From positions 1-27,202 of the forward strand of contig JBBSJT010000018.1 of assembly GCA_038257035.1 (NCBI GenBank): DNA of 27,202 nt, written 5' to 3'. The DNA comes from Chlamydiia bacterium (lineage in GTDB: Bacteria > Chlamydiota > Chlamydiia > Chlamydiales > Parachlamydiaceae). Position 1 is the stretch's first letter, and each line of letters opens with the position of its first letter. The notes under the pieces were generated by a model. That model was given only the letters and a program-made list of their open reading frames with translations. It was not told where the DNA came from and ran no database searches. Positions 1-9,824 of the stretch are shown one piece after another. The position numbers and the translations under genes are program-made.

Positions 1-906
1 AATGCAGAAAAGCTAAAAGCAAAAATTAATCAAGCAGATATTGTGTTTATTCATGATCCACAGCCGGCAGCATTGATTAAATATTTTCCTGACCGAAAGA
101 ATAAATGGATATGGCGCTGTCACATTGATGCTTCCTCTCCGAACGAGCAAACATGGAATTACTTAAAAACATTTGTTCAACAATATGATTGCTCCATTTT
201 TTCAGTAAAGGATTTTGTACAAAGTTTGCCACATCCTGTCTATATAATCCCTCCAAGTATAGATCCCTTGAATGAGAAAAATGTGGAAATAGAACAATCA
301 GAAATTGAAGAAATATATCTTCAGTATAACTTGAATCCAAATTATCCTTTAATTTTACAAGTCTCAAGATTTGATAGATTTAAAGATCCCTTAGGTGTAA
401 TAAAAGCCTATCAATTGCTAAAAAAACAAATTCCGAAGATCCAGCTTGTATTGGCAGGCGGGGGTGCGATCGATGATCCGGAAGGTAAGGAAATGTATGA
501 AAAAGTAAAAGATGCAGCTACAGAAGATCCTAACATTCATATTCTTTTTTTACCGGAAGACTCGCACAGATTGATTAATAAATTTCAAAGAGCCGCAAAA
601 ATCATCATGCAAAAATCGATTAAAGAAGGGTTCGGACTCACAGTTTCAGAAGGATTATGGAAACATAAGCCTGTTATTGGCGGCAATGTCGGGGGGATAC
701 GCTTACAGATTATCGATGGTCAAACAGGTTTTTTGGTCAATTCTCCTGAAGAGGCTGCTAAAAGAATGCAGGAGCTGTTAGAAGATCAATCTCTTGCTAA
801 ACGATTGGGTGAAAATGGCCACAAACTTGTTTATGATAAATTTTTAATCACAAGACATCTCTATGAATATCTAAACGTCATTAAGGATTTAAAAGAAAAA
901 ACATAA
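1..906 (+). CDS. GT4 glycosyltransferase, trehalose synthase TreT-like (5'-truncated by the window edge)
   Basis: Frame is open from base 1 (NAEKLKAKINQADIVFIHDPQP). Contains the motifs IHDPQP, WIWRCHID, QVSRFDRFKDP and QKSIKEGFGLTVSEGLWK typical of TreT-like enzymes. Confidence 0.85.
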   Translation, partial: NAEKLKAKINQADIVFIHDPQPAALIKYFPDRKNKWIWRCHIDASSPNEQTWNYLKTFVQQYDCSIFSVKDFVQSLPHPVYIIPPSIDPLNEKNVEIEQSEIEEIYLQYNLNPNYPLILQVSRFDRFKDPLGVIKAYQLLKKQIPKIQLVLAGGGAIDDPEGKEMYEKVKDAATEDPNIHILFLPEDSHRLINKFQRAAKIIMQKSIKEGFGLTVSEGLWKHKPVIGGNVGGIRLQIIDGQTGFLVNSPEEAAKRMQELLEDQSLAKRLGENGHKLVYDKFLITRHLYEYLNVIKDLKEKT

Positions 907-910
907 AATA

Positions 911-2875
911 ATGAAGAAAATAAAAGAAATAATGCCTTCTACAATCAAACCCATGCTAGCGACCCTAGTTGATAATCCACCTATCGGAAAGGATTGGATA
1001 TATGAAATTAAATGGGATGGTTATCGAGCAATTGCTATTTGTAATAAAGACCAAGTAAATTTGATTTCACGTAACAATAAGTCCTTTAACGAGAAATTTT
1101 ATCCAATTTTTCAAGCCTTAAAAAAGATGAAATTAAATGCGGTGTTAGATGGTGAAATTGTAGTGATTAATCAATCAGGTATTGCAAACTTTTCAGATTT
1201 ACAAAATTGGAGAAGTGAGGCAGACGGTGAACTTATCTTTTATGTATTTGATATTTTATGGCTAAATGGGGTGAGCCTTTTAGAATACCCCTTGAGTAAC
1301 AGAAAAGAACTATTAAATAAGATAATTTCATTAAAAGGAATAATTCGACAAAGCAAACCTTTTAATATTTCCGGGATTAAATTTTTTAAAGCGATTAGTG
1401 AAATGGGTCTGGAAGGGATGATCGCAAAAAGAAAAGAGAGCCTTTATATACAAGGTTTTCGTAGCAAAGAATGGTTAAAAATAAAAACTTCGAATAGGCA
1501 TGAAGTCATTATTGGTGGCTATACGTTAAATGAAAATTCTCCAAAAAAATTTAGTGCCTTATTAGTGGGTGTTTTTGAAAATGGCTCTTTTGAGTATAGA
1601 GGAAAAGTTGGGACAGGTTTTAATGACAAAACTCAAGGTAAAATGATCTCTCAATTTAAAGAATTGGAAACAAAAAAATGTCCCTTTACAGTTATGCCCG
1701 ACATTAATAAACCTTCAAGATTTAGACCGAACCCCCCACATGCAACTGCAGTTTGGCTTCAACCAAAACTTGTGTGTGAAGTTAGTTATACAGAAATGAC
1801 TTCAGATGGGGTTATGAGACATCCTTCCTTTAAGGGGATGCGCGAAGATAAAAATGCAGAAGATTTAAACATTGAAAATACAGTTAAAACAGAAAAAGTC
1901 GTTAAAAAAGCCCCTTTAAAAATACTTAAGGCAAGTAAATTTGAACGTCAAACATTGTTAAATCCTAATGAAGAAGCCCAAGTTAAAATAATAAAAGGGC
2001 ATGAATTAAAATTTAATCATTTAAGCAAAGTTTTTTGGCCGGATGACGGTTATACAAAGCGTGATCTCCTCAATTATTACTATCAGGTAGCCCCCTATAT
2101 ATTACCTTATTTAATGGATCGACCTCAATCTTTAAACCGTTTTCCAAATGGCATTGAGGGTTTAAGTTTTTATCAAAAAGATGTATCCAATTCAGCGCCG
2201 GAATGGGTGAAAAAATTTCCTTATGTTACAAGTCTGAATGAACATAAAAATTTTATCGTGGTACAAGATGAAGCTGATCTATTGTGGATGGCAAATTTAG
2301 GTGCCATTGAAATGAATCCCTGGAATAGCACCATTAAAAAACCGGATCACCCTGATTGGTGCATCATCGATATAGACCCAACAGATAAAAATAGTTTTGA
2401 TGATGTAATTACCGTAGCACTTGAAACAAAAAAAGTATTGGATGCATTAAAGATTAAAGGATATTGCAAAACATCCGGTGCTACCGGAATGCATATTTAT
2501 ATTCCCCTTGATGCTAAATATACTTATGATCAATGTCAATTATTTGGACGTATGATAGCAACAGAAGTGCATCTTGCCTTGCCAAAACTTACAAGTATTG
2601 AAAGATATACTGTGAATAGAAAAAAACAAATTTATGTCGATTTTTTACAAAATCGACCAAAAGCCACCTTAGCCTCTCCTTATTCGGTTAGACCAAAACC
2701 CCATGCGACAGTTTCTACCCCGTTGCATTGGGATGAAGTAAAAAAAGGGTTAATGCCTCAGCAATTTACAATCAAAAATGTGATCCAGCGTATAAAAAGC
2801 GAAGGGGATCTTTTTAAACCGGTGTTAGAAAAAGGGATAAACCTTGAAAAAATTATTAAAATGTTACAAAAATAA
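911..2875 (+). CDS. ligD: NHEJ DNA ligase D (ATP-dependent ligase domain, OB fold and C-terminal primase-polymerase domain)
   Basis: Ligase motif I EIKWDGYR, then LDGEIV, EGMIAKR and VMRHPSF. Polymerase motifs RFPNG, IDIDP, KTSGATGMHIY and SPYSVRPKPHATVSTPLHWDEV. Confidence 0.93.
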   Translation: MKKIKEIMPSTIKPMLATLVDNPPIGKDWIYEIKWDGYRAIAICNKDQVNLISRNNKSFNEKFYPIFQALKKMKLNAVLDGEIVVINQSGIANFSDLQNWRSEADGELIFYVFDILWLNGVSLLEYPLSNRKELLNKIISLKGIIRQSKPFNISGIKFFKAISEMGLEGMIAKRKESLYIQGFRSKEWLKIKTSNRHEVIIGGYTLNENSPKKFSALLVGVFENGSFEYRGKVGTGFNDKTQGKMISQFKELETKKCPFTVMPDINKPSRFRPNPPHATAVWLQPKLVCEVSYTEMTSDGVMRHPSFKGMREDKNAEDLNIENTVKTEKVVKKAPLKILKASKFERQTLLNPNEEAQVKIIKGHELKFNHLSKVFWPDDGYTKRDLLNYYYQVAPYILPYLMDRPQSLNRFPNGIEGLSFYQKDVSNSAPEWVKKFPYVTSLNEHKNFIVVQDEADLLWMANLGAIEMNPWNSTIKKPDHPDWCIIDIDPTDKNSFDDVITVALETKKVLDALKIKGYCKTSGATGMHIYIPLDAKYTYDQCQLFGRMIATEVHLALPKLTSIERYTVNRKKQIYVDFLQNRPKATLASPYSVRPKPHATVSTPLHWDEVKKGLMPQQFTIKNVIQRIKSEGDLFKPVLEKGINLEKIIKMLQK

Positions 2876-2911
2876 TCAATTTTTGTAACATAATAATAAA
2901 AAAGTGGTAGT

Positions 2912-4336
2912 TTATAGTTGAATGTTTTTTAAAATATTCATTGCTTCACTATTGTCAAACGGTATTCCAAGTGTAAGAGCGCTCCTTTCTTGTGCTTTTC
3001 TAATGATAGGCACCGAAATGGAGTCATTCACTTTTAAATTTTTAAGGAAATCAGCATTTTTTGTTAGAACTGCATTTTTCAATTCTCCTGCAGGGACTTG
3101 AATTTTTGCACAAATTGCTACAGGGTTGGAATAGTTTTTTACATTTGTACTCATGTCGCGTGAATAACAAAGCGTTTTTATCTGAATTGTTATTAGGCGA
3201 TTTTGATCAATACTAATATCAAATAATCGATGGTCCATTGCTTGGTATTGATGACTGTTAAGAAAATGCTCAGCGCCTTTTTTTCCCAAACTTCCAAACC
3301 CAACACCTTGGGTTAAAAGAAGGCAGACTGCTTTTGTAACATGAGCTGCATCTGGAGCTTCACCAAAAGCTTTTGCTAAAGTTTCGTAAGAGAGGTTGGG
3401 ATCATCAACGCCATTTTTATAAAGAGTTTTACCGTTAAGTTCGAGAATAGCTGTTCTATGAAAATCGGTAGCCACAAGTCCTGGCAGTTCATAATTGCAA
3501 CTGGAATGCGCATTTTTTCCGTAATCCCTGTAAAAGTCATTAACAAAATTTACTTTGATATCGTTACATATGTCAGTACCTTCGAATTGATTAAAGCTTT
3601 TAGAAATAAGTTTTGCTGCATTTGCAGCGTAATTTTCAATAGAAGTATCCAAGAAGTCAAGTATTTCAGGATAAAGCCCTATATCAACCAGATTTTTTTT
3701 GGCTTGAAAGCATGTATCTCTAAAAGCCGTTATCAGGGCAAGGCCTTTCTTTAATTTTTCCTTGGATGTATTTTCGTTCAATAAATTTGACATCAGAAGA
3801 TCTAACTGACAATTTGTTTTTAGAAGTAATGGTTCTAAAATTTTGACAACATCTTTTGGCAATTCATGAATGGAGTATGTTGAAACAGTTGCAAAACTTT
3901 TTGCATATTCAAATTTTGATCGTGGCTTCTCTAAACAAAAATTGTCAAACCCAGTTTTACGTGTGCGATAAATAACAAGACGATAACTATCATCTAAAAG
4001 GCTTAATTTTTCAAGGACAGATGATGCATGTTGAATTTCAAGGAATGGGTCTAGAAAATTTGTTTTTATAAGGGATGAAGCCTGATCGATTTTTTCAACT
4101 ACAGGGTTATTGGTTAATAATCCAAAAGAAACGAATTTATCCTTTAATCTGGCACAAGAGGTTGCATCTAAAGTGGACAATAATTCGGGATTTTCCGAAA
4201 TCATGATTTCGACTCTATCAATATCATGGCGGGATAATTCTTTTTTAAAAGACAATTTTAAAAGTACTGATTGATTATAGTCTAACATGACTGATTGATT
4301 AAAATTTGATATTGCTGATTGATTAGAAGATTCCAT
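2912..4336 (-). CDS. Hypothetical protein, possible secreted effector
   Basis: 474-aa ORF with GGAG upstream and an S/N/Q-rich N-terminus. No recognised domain. Confidence 0.7.
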   Translation of the reverse strand: MESSNQSAISNFNQSVMLDYNQSVLLKLSFKKELSRHDIDRVEIMISENPELLSTLDATSCARLKDKFVSFGLLTNNPVVEKIDQASSLIKTNFLDPFLEIQHASSVLEKLSLLDDSYRLVIYRTRKTGFDNFCLEKPRSKFEYAKSFATVSTYSIHELPKDVVKILEPLLLKTNCQLDLLMSNLLNENTSKEKLKKGLALITAFRDTCFQAKKNLVDIGLYPEILDFLDTSIENYAANAAKLISKSFNQFEGTDICNDIKVNFVNDFYRDYGKNAHSSCNYELPGLVATDFHRTAILELNGKTLYKNGVDDPNLSYETLAKAFGEAPDAAHVTKAVCLLLTQGVGFGSLGKKGAEHFLNSHQYQAMDHRLFDISIDQNRLITIQIKTLCYSRDMSTNVKNYSNPVAICAKIQVPAGELKNAVLTKNADFLKNLKVNDSISVPIIRKAQERSALTLGIPFDNSEAMNILKNIQL

Positions 4337-4442
4337 TCTTACTTGCTCCGTTATTAATTAAATTAAAGGTTAATTATAACGGATAGTTATTAAGATAGTA
4401 TAAAGTTCAAGTTAAGTTATTTTTAACAAGAGAGACAGTCCT

Positions 4443-4683
4443 AACCGCTTAGGATGTTTTTTTTACCGCGAAGACCGCGAAGAAGCGCGCCAAGGCGCGG
4501 GAAGGAGCGCGAAGAGCGCGCTTTCGCGCGTTTAAAAAATTAGAATATTGAGATATTACATAATTAGATCTTAAAAACCAACTTCTTCTTATCGCGCGAT
4601 AGCGCGCTTCTTCGCGCTCCTTTCCGCGCCTTGGCGCGCTACTTCGCGCCCTTCGCGGTAAAAAGAGCCACCCTAACGGTATA
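4443..4683. repeat. Long palindromic element A (CGCGAAG-unit arms)
   Basis: 4460-4530 is an imperfect ~70-bp reverse complement of 4593-4664, around a ~62-bp AT-rich spacer. A homologous copy lies at 22305-22528 in the opposite orientation. Confidence 0.92.
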
Positions 4684-4705
4684 CCTGGTTAAAATTCAAA
4701 CGTGG

Positions 4706-6916
4706 TCAGAACTGCAGCCTAGGTATAGAACTCGCATACCGCTCTTTATTTGGCGGCTTCATTCCAAGTGAAACAGCAAAAGTGAAGCGATCATCATCTT
4801 CAAGTCTCTGATAGGAAAGTTTAACATTCCATGCTGATAGAATTGTTCCATAAACGCTAATTTGGTATTCGTTATAATTTCTTTCTGCATCCCAAGATCT
4901 ATGATCAATACTTTTACACTTGTTTAAACCATAGAGATATTCTCTTTGTCGATTCCAACCATGTCGCGATTCGCATTCAAACGCCCAATTTGGATGAAGG
5001 CGATAGAAAAAATGCAGAAGGAAAGTGTCACGTCTATCAGACATTTGCGAGTGACGCAACTCTTTTACGCTACGATAAGCATCGATAAAAAAATTGTAAG
5101 GGTCCGCTTTTCTAAAATCATAAGCACTTCGATGGCGGTATTCTGCTGCAATGGCAAGATCAGAATTGACTGTCCATTCAGTTCTTAAGTTGATGTGATC
5201 AAGCTGATTCTCTTCAAAATTCCAAGCCGTTGTACAAATGTGTTTTAGTCTAAAAAACGAGTTCCATGTGAGTCGACTATAAACTTTTGGAATCACAGCA
5301 GGAATCGTTTGGCTATCAAAAAATGCGTTTGACCAAATGTCCGCTTCTAAAAAACGACTGATTTGGCAATTGTTATCTTTATGATAAAAATTTTGATTTA
5401 GCCCAAATCTTAGCATGTTCAATCGGTACCAGCCATCGTCGATATCAAAAATATAATGGTCTTTTGGTGAGGATGTAGGGGATGTATAATATTCATAACG
5501 TGCAAATGGAGCCATTACATGTTTGAAATTTTCATAGAATTTATGAAATCTGGTTTTGGCTTCAAAAGAAAAAATGCCAAGGCTGACAACACTTGAGCCA
5601 CCGCCCTTTGGACTGTTACCCTCAAAAATGGCAAGTCCACCAATTTCAGGGGTTAAAACAACTGGTCCAACTAAAAATGGACGGTATAATCTTTGAGCCG
5701 TTCCAACCCTTGTGGACTTATAATCATGGTTGTGGGGAAGGCTGTCTGAATATCTAAAATCTAAATAAGAGGCCTTAAATTGATTCTCAAAGATGATTCC
5801 TGTTCTTCCTATATCAAAGGAGATAATGTTGGTTTCAAGCGTCGGCAGTTCTTGCTTAATTGTCTGAAAGCCGTTTAAGCGCACCCTTGTCAAAAAATTA
5901 GTGATCCATAAATCAGTTTCTTTTCTTGCTATAAGTTGTGTGCGTCCTGCAGCTTCAATGCTAAGACCACGATCTTCATAGTCTGTTGCCATTTCCTTGT
6001 CGCTCAATTTATCGTACATAAAATCGATGTGGATTTTGCGGTCCGGAATGTCCCTCTCATAAAAACCTTGAAAGCGATACCTAGTGCTAACGTGATGATC
6101 ACTTGGTTTGGCATCTTTTGCAAGAAAGCTGATCGATTCAAATTTTTCCAGCCGATCGTTTGAGCGGTAATAGTTTTCAAAACCGCCACCAAGACCTCTT
6201 TGCAACCGATAATCAAATCTTGCAAAAGTTCTAAAATTTTCCCAAGAAAATATTTCATAGGCAACACTGACTCTTGGTCCCTGACTTCCCGCCCTTAATT
6301 CATAACGAATCGGCTGATCAAATATGGAGTTTAAATTAGCTCTAAAATAGGGAAGTTTTAAAAGTGGGGTTCTTCCTGCCTGAAACGAAACATTTTTCGC
6401 GCTAAGCAAATGAAATTTTGTGACCGTTGCTTTTTCAGCATAAATTCCCCATTCCTTTTGGTAATTTTCTGATGTTGTCACGAAAGCATTATCAATTGTG
6501 TAACTTCCATCAGGGTGCAAATAAACGCGTTCTCCACCAAAATACCAGGGCTCAAGCGCCGTTCTGCCATCATAAAGCACTCCGGACCTTAAATTGAAAT
6601 CATATTCAAAACGTTTTCCGACAAAAAGATATTGATTGAATTCAACGATCAAATCCTCTTCTGCAATAATTGTGACAATTGTTTCAAGCCCTGATTTTTT
6701 TCGTAGATATTGAATTTTTCTTGCCTGAATGCGAACCCCTGAGCCTTCAATGACTCCACCTTTTTCAGTGCTTAATATGCCGTTTTCAAAAACCGGTTCT
6801 CTCAAATCAACTTTTATACCATTCATTACAATATCTGTAAGCATTTGAGCATTTTGAGAACATAGCAAGAAAGGGAAAATCAAGAAAATAAAGCTTAAAG
6901 TTAATATTTTTTTCAT
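4706..6916 (-). CDS. LptD/OstA-like outer-membrane LPS assembly protein (chlamydial type)
   Basis: Signal peptide, N-terminal OstA-like beta region, amphipathic beta strands and C-terminal Phe. Located after maf and the HEAT-repeat gene, as in chlamydiae. Confidence 0.7.
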   Translation of the reverse strand: MKKILTLSFIFLIFPFLLCSQNAQMLTDIVMNGIKVDLREPVFENGILSTEKGGVIEGSGVRIQARKIQYLRKKSGLETIVTIIAEEDLIVEFNQYLFVGKRFEYDFNLRSGVLYDGRTALEPWYFGGERVYLHPDGSYTIDNAFVTTSENYQKEWGIYAEKATVTKFHLLSAKNVSFQAGRTPLLKLPYFRANLNSIFDQPIRYELRAGSQGPRVSVAYEIFSWENFRTFARFDYRLQRGLGGGFENYYRSNDRLEKFESISFLAKDAKPSDHHVSTRYRFQGFYERDIPDRKIHIDFMYDKLSDKEMATDYEDRGLSIEAAGRTQLIARKETDLWITNFLTRVRLNGFQTIKQELPTLETNIISFDIGRTGIIFENQFKASYLDFRYSDSLPHNHDYKSTRVGTAQRLYRPFLVGPVVLTPEIGGLAIFEGNSPKGGGSSVVSLGIFSFEAKTRFHKFYENFKHVMAPFARYEYYTSPTSSPKDHYIFDIDDGWYRLNMLRFGLNQNFYHKDNNCQISRFLEADIWSNAFFDSQTIPAVIPKVYSRLTWNSFFRLKHICTTAWNFEENQLDHINLRTEWTVNSDLAIAAEYRHRSAYDFRKADPYNFFIDAYRSVKELRHSQMSDRRDTFLLHFFYRLHPNWAFECESRHGWNRQREYLYGLNKCKSIDHRSWDAERNYNEYQISVYGTILSAWNVKLSYQRLEDDDRFTFAVSLGMKPPNKERYASSIPRLQF

Positions 6917-6926
6917 GCTTTAAATC

Positions 6927-8642
6927 CTATCTCGTGGCGTGCATAAGTAGGCCTGCAAGGGCATATTTATTATTTGGGTTTCCATTTTCGATTGCGTGAA
7001 GTAGCATATCTATGCCAAAAGCATCCTGTTTTAGGGTCAATGCTTCAAAAACTTCTATTAACAGTTTTGAGGTATCTTGTGGGGTCAATTGAAAATGTGA
7101 ATCATTAAGTCTTATTGCAAAGGGGAGTAATGGACGAAATTCAATCATTTGGGCCTGACACTCTTTTGAGATGAATTTTTCTAGATTGTCTCTGTAGGGA
7201 CCAGGCTCTTTTAACCGAAAAAGCGCTAAATTGCAGTAATTGCGAATTAGCGGAGCACCAGGTTTTTGCTGATAAACTTTCAGTAATTCAATAGCTTCTT
7301 TGGTTTGCAGCTCTTCTAAAAGAGATACAAGCCTTGGTATGAGAGCGTTTTGATTGCTGTCAAAAATTTTTGTTGCCAATTTAAGAAAATCATCTTGCTT
7401 TAAGTGAACAGATTCAATAAGTATTTCTTCACACAAATGATGGGACAATTCATGAAGCATTTCCATATCTTTAAAGTTTTGTGAAGCGGATGGAACACCT
7501 TTTAAGCATGTAAGAGTTAACCCTAGGGATTTTGTTTCAAGAAAAGCCAAATCGCGACTGTCTTTGATGAGAATCTCCATCAATACAGGAAGGCATGCCT
7601 CATTTTTGAGTTTTAATAGAGCAATACTTGCATTGAGACGAACGTTAAATTGCTCATGCCGACTTAGAGAAATAAGCAGGGGTATGGATTCTTCCATTTG
7701 TCCTGCCAAGAAAATAGCAAATAAATCAAGTTCCTTTGCCATGGTTGAAATTTCCTGAAGCCTTGTTTTTTGCCCCAAAGAGTAGAGTGCATGAAGGGCT
7801 GTCAAACGGATAGCAGGGATGTTTGAAAGAGTTAAGAATTCAAGTTTTTCGATGGAAGATTCATCTTTTAATTTTCCAAAAGCATAAGCTAAGGCTTCCT
7901 GTTGCTGTGAGCCATGATGAATTGACAATTTTTTAATGATGGGGAGCAAATCATCCCGTTCATGTTCTGCCGCACTTATGATGGCCTGCACTCTAACTTT
8001 TTCATTCGGATGATTGATGAGTCGGGTAAGTGTTTTTATGGCTTCATGAGTACCAATAAGGGCAAAAAATTGCGGGAATAATGGAATTGCTGCCTCATTG
8101 ACCTTTTGCATTAAAGATTCAATTTTGCCAACAATTCTTAAAGCTTTTTTTGTGGCTAGATGAAAGCTTGCCTCAAACCGAATTTCTAGAAAATCAGAGT
8201 GCATGGCATCATTTAAGGCCATATCGGCCTCATCATTTTGCAACTTGGATAAGAAGTTTAAGGCGATCAGCTGTATTTTTGGATCTTTGCTTAAAATGCT
8301 TAATTTTAAAAGTGGTAAAAGTCTTTCATCTTGTGAGATTCCTGCTCCGAAAAGTGCAAGAACTTGAGCTTCGGCAATATTGGAGTTAAATCCTTTTTCA
8401 ATCAAAATCAAGGCAATTTGTTCAAGCAGTTCACCATCATGATGACCCTTTTCTTTGCAATAATTTCTATAGAGTTCAAAGGCATTTTTATCTTTTCCCA
8501 ATTGAAAAAGATAAAGAATTCTACTCCTTAATGCCTCATCGGATGGGTTTTCGTTAGCTTGTAAAGAACAAAATGAAAAAGTACAAATAATAAAGCAATT
8601 ATAAAACAAAAACTTTTGAAAAAATCTCAAGGTGCAAATCAT
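6927..8642 (-). CDS. HEAT-repeat protein (conserved chlamydial)
   Basis: Repeated helical motifs (EIRFEASFHLA, KVRVQAIISAA, AIRLTALHALY, NVRLNASIALL) and a signal-like N-terminus. Confidence 0.8.
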   Translation of the reverse strand: MICTLRFFQKFLFYNCFIICTFSFCSLQANENPSDEALRSRILYLFQLGKDKNAFELYRNYCKEKGHHDGELLEQIALILIEKGFNSNIAEAQVLALFGAGISQDERLLPLLKLSILSKDPKIQLIALNFLSKLQNDEADMALNDAMHSDFLEIRFEASFHLATKKALRIVGKIESLMQKVNEAAIPLFPQFFALIGTHEAIKTLTRLINHPNEKVRVQAIISAAEHERDDLLPIIKKLSIHHGSQQQEALAYAFGKLKDESSIEKLEFLTLSNIPAIRLTALHALYSLGQKTRLQEISTMAKELDLFAIFLAGQMEESIPLLISLSRHEQFNVRLNASIALLKLKNEACLPVLMEILIKDSRDLAFLETKSLGLTLTCLKGVPSASQNFKDMEMLHELSHHLCEEILIESVHLKQDDFLKLATKIFDSNQNALIPRLVSLLEELQTKEAIELLKVYQQKPGAPLIRNYCNLALFRLKEPGPYRDNLEKFISKECQAQMIEFRPLLPFAIRLNDSHFQLTPQDTSKLLIEVFEALTLKQDAFGIDMLLHAIENGNPNNKYALAGLLMHATR

Positions 8643-8904
8643 GATTTAGGGTATCGGTTAAATAATTTTGTAACGTTTTTTTTAAACTTATCTCTATTTG
8701 TTGTAAAGATTTAAAAGCAATTTTTGGTTCTTTTAGGTAAACACCAACATAAATTTTATTTTCATTCTGCATTTCAATCAAATCATCGTTTGAGAGAGCA
8801 ACCCTTGATATTTTCCATTTGGTTGATTTTTGAAGAGCATGGTAGAGCTCCTGGTTTAAAAAAAAACCTGCAAACATCTTCACTTCAATTTTATTTTCTT
8901 CCAT
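8599..8904 (-). CDS. Small hypothetical protein
   Basis: 101-aa ORF with an AGAGGA RBS, co-directional between maf and the HEAT gene. Overlaps the annotated start of the HEAT ORF by 44 bp. Confidence 0.65.
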   Translation of the reverse strand: MEENKIEVKMFAGFFLNQELYHALQKSTKWKISRVALSNDDLIEMQNENKIYVGVYLKEPKIAFKSLQQIEISLKKTLQNYLTDTLNHDLHLEIFSKVFVL

Positions 8905-8954
8905 TTCATCATCCTCTTACGTCAAATCAATCATACAAGTTTTTTTAAATAGGC

Positions 8955-9554
8955 TTACTTGACGAAGTCCCAAAGTTCAATCCCTGATTTTTTTAAAAGT
9001 TTTCGCAAAGTGTTGATTGGCAAACCCATTACATTGTGATAGCAACCATCGATTCTATTGACAATGAGACCGGCTCCTGTTTGAATGGCATAACCCGCAG
9101 CTTTATCCGTCCATTGAATTTTGGAGTGGTAATGGCGAATTTCACCGGGGGTAAGCGCATTTAATAAAACCTTTGTCTCTTCAACTTCTTCATGAATTGT
9201 GGGGTTTTCTAAATTTCTTCCATCATAAATACAAAGCGCCGTAAAAACAGAATGCCATTGTCCGGCAAGCTCAGTTAAGGCGTCAAATGCTTCTTCTTCA
9301 TCTTTTGGCTTGTTATAAACTTTGCCATTGAAATAGACGACTGTATCAGCCGTTAAAATGATGCTCGAAGGAGATTTTTTTGCAAGTTCCAAAGATTTGC
9401 TATGCGCTAATGTGGCAACATATTTTTTTGGATCGCCAACGAAGGGGATTGTAGATTCATCAAAATCGGAGGATTGCTGTTCAAAGGGCAGAGAAAAATA
9501 ATTTAAGATTTCTTTTCTACGTGGTGATTGGGATCCTAAGATAAAATGTGTCAT
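8955..9554 (-). CDS. maf: Maf family nucleoside triphosphate pyrophosphatase
   Basis: ILGSQSPRRKEIL, ADTVV, KPKD, DKAAGYAIQ and GCYHNVMGLP motifs. Confidence 0.95.
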   Translation of the reverse strand: MTHFILGSQSPRRKEILNYFSLPFEQQSSDFDESTIPFVGDPKKYVATLAHSKSLELAKKSPSSIILTADTVVYFNGKVYNKPKDEEEAFDALTELAGQWHSVFTALCIYDGRNLENPTIHEEVEETKVLLNALTPGEIRHYHSKIQWTDKAAGYAIQTGAGLIVNRIDGCYHNVMGLPINTLRKLLKKSGIELWDFVK

Positions 9555-9625
9555 AGATTGTTATCCTTATTTTAAGCTTAAAACATAGCGTTTTGCCCAT
9601 TGAAAAACAATCATAATTTAACTAC

Positions 9626-9716
9626 TGATAAATTAGATTTTGTCTCAAAAATATATCAAAAAGGTTGAAATGTCCTTTAGTCCTTTGTGTCCTTTTTGTC
9701 TTTTTTGTCCTTTAAA
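9626..9716. repeat. Half copy (element D) of the AAAGGAC-unit palindromic element
   Basis: Tandem ~9-mer GTCCTTT units. Its reverse complement matches 12255-12337, including the spacer word CTAATTTATCA at nearly the same distance from the arm. Confidence 0.75.
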
Positions 9717-9768
9717 ATCATAAAAAAACTAAAAGACAAAAAAACTAAAATCCTAAAAAAATTTGAAC

Positions 9769-9797
9769 AAAAAAAAAGGCAGGTATTTCTACCTGCC
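9769..9797 (-). terminator. Intrinsic terminator of omcB
   Basis: Stem GGCAGGTA/TACCTGCC with a 4-nt loop, followed on the minus strand by a T9 tract, about 30 bp past the omcB stop. Confidence 0.85.
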
Positions 9798-9824
9798 CTT
9801 CTTGTCAATTAAGCTAATTAAAGC

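Noticed and set aside
911..2875. LigD as the enzyme mobilising the palindromic elements
   Set aside because: Only loose proximity; there are no element ends around ligD and no mechanistic evidence.
4337..4400. Upstream similarity (TTAACCT...TTTAATTAAT) between the orphan starting at 4336 and the Inc-like gene at 26574
   Set aside because: Too AT-rich to distinguish from chance by eye.
4880..4945. Possible in-frame palindromic insertion in the LptD-like gene (YLYGLNKCKSIDHRSWDAER)
   Set aside because: No inverted repeat is visible in the DNA, and insertion status cannot be verified without an alignment.
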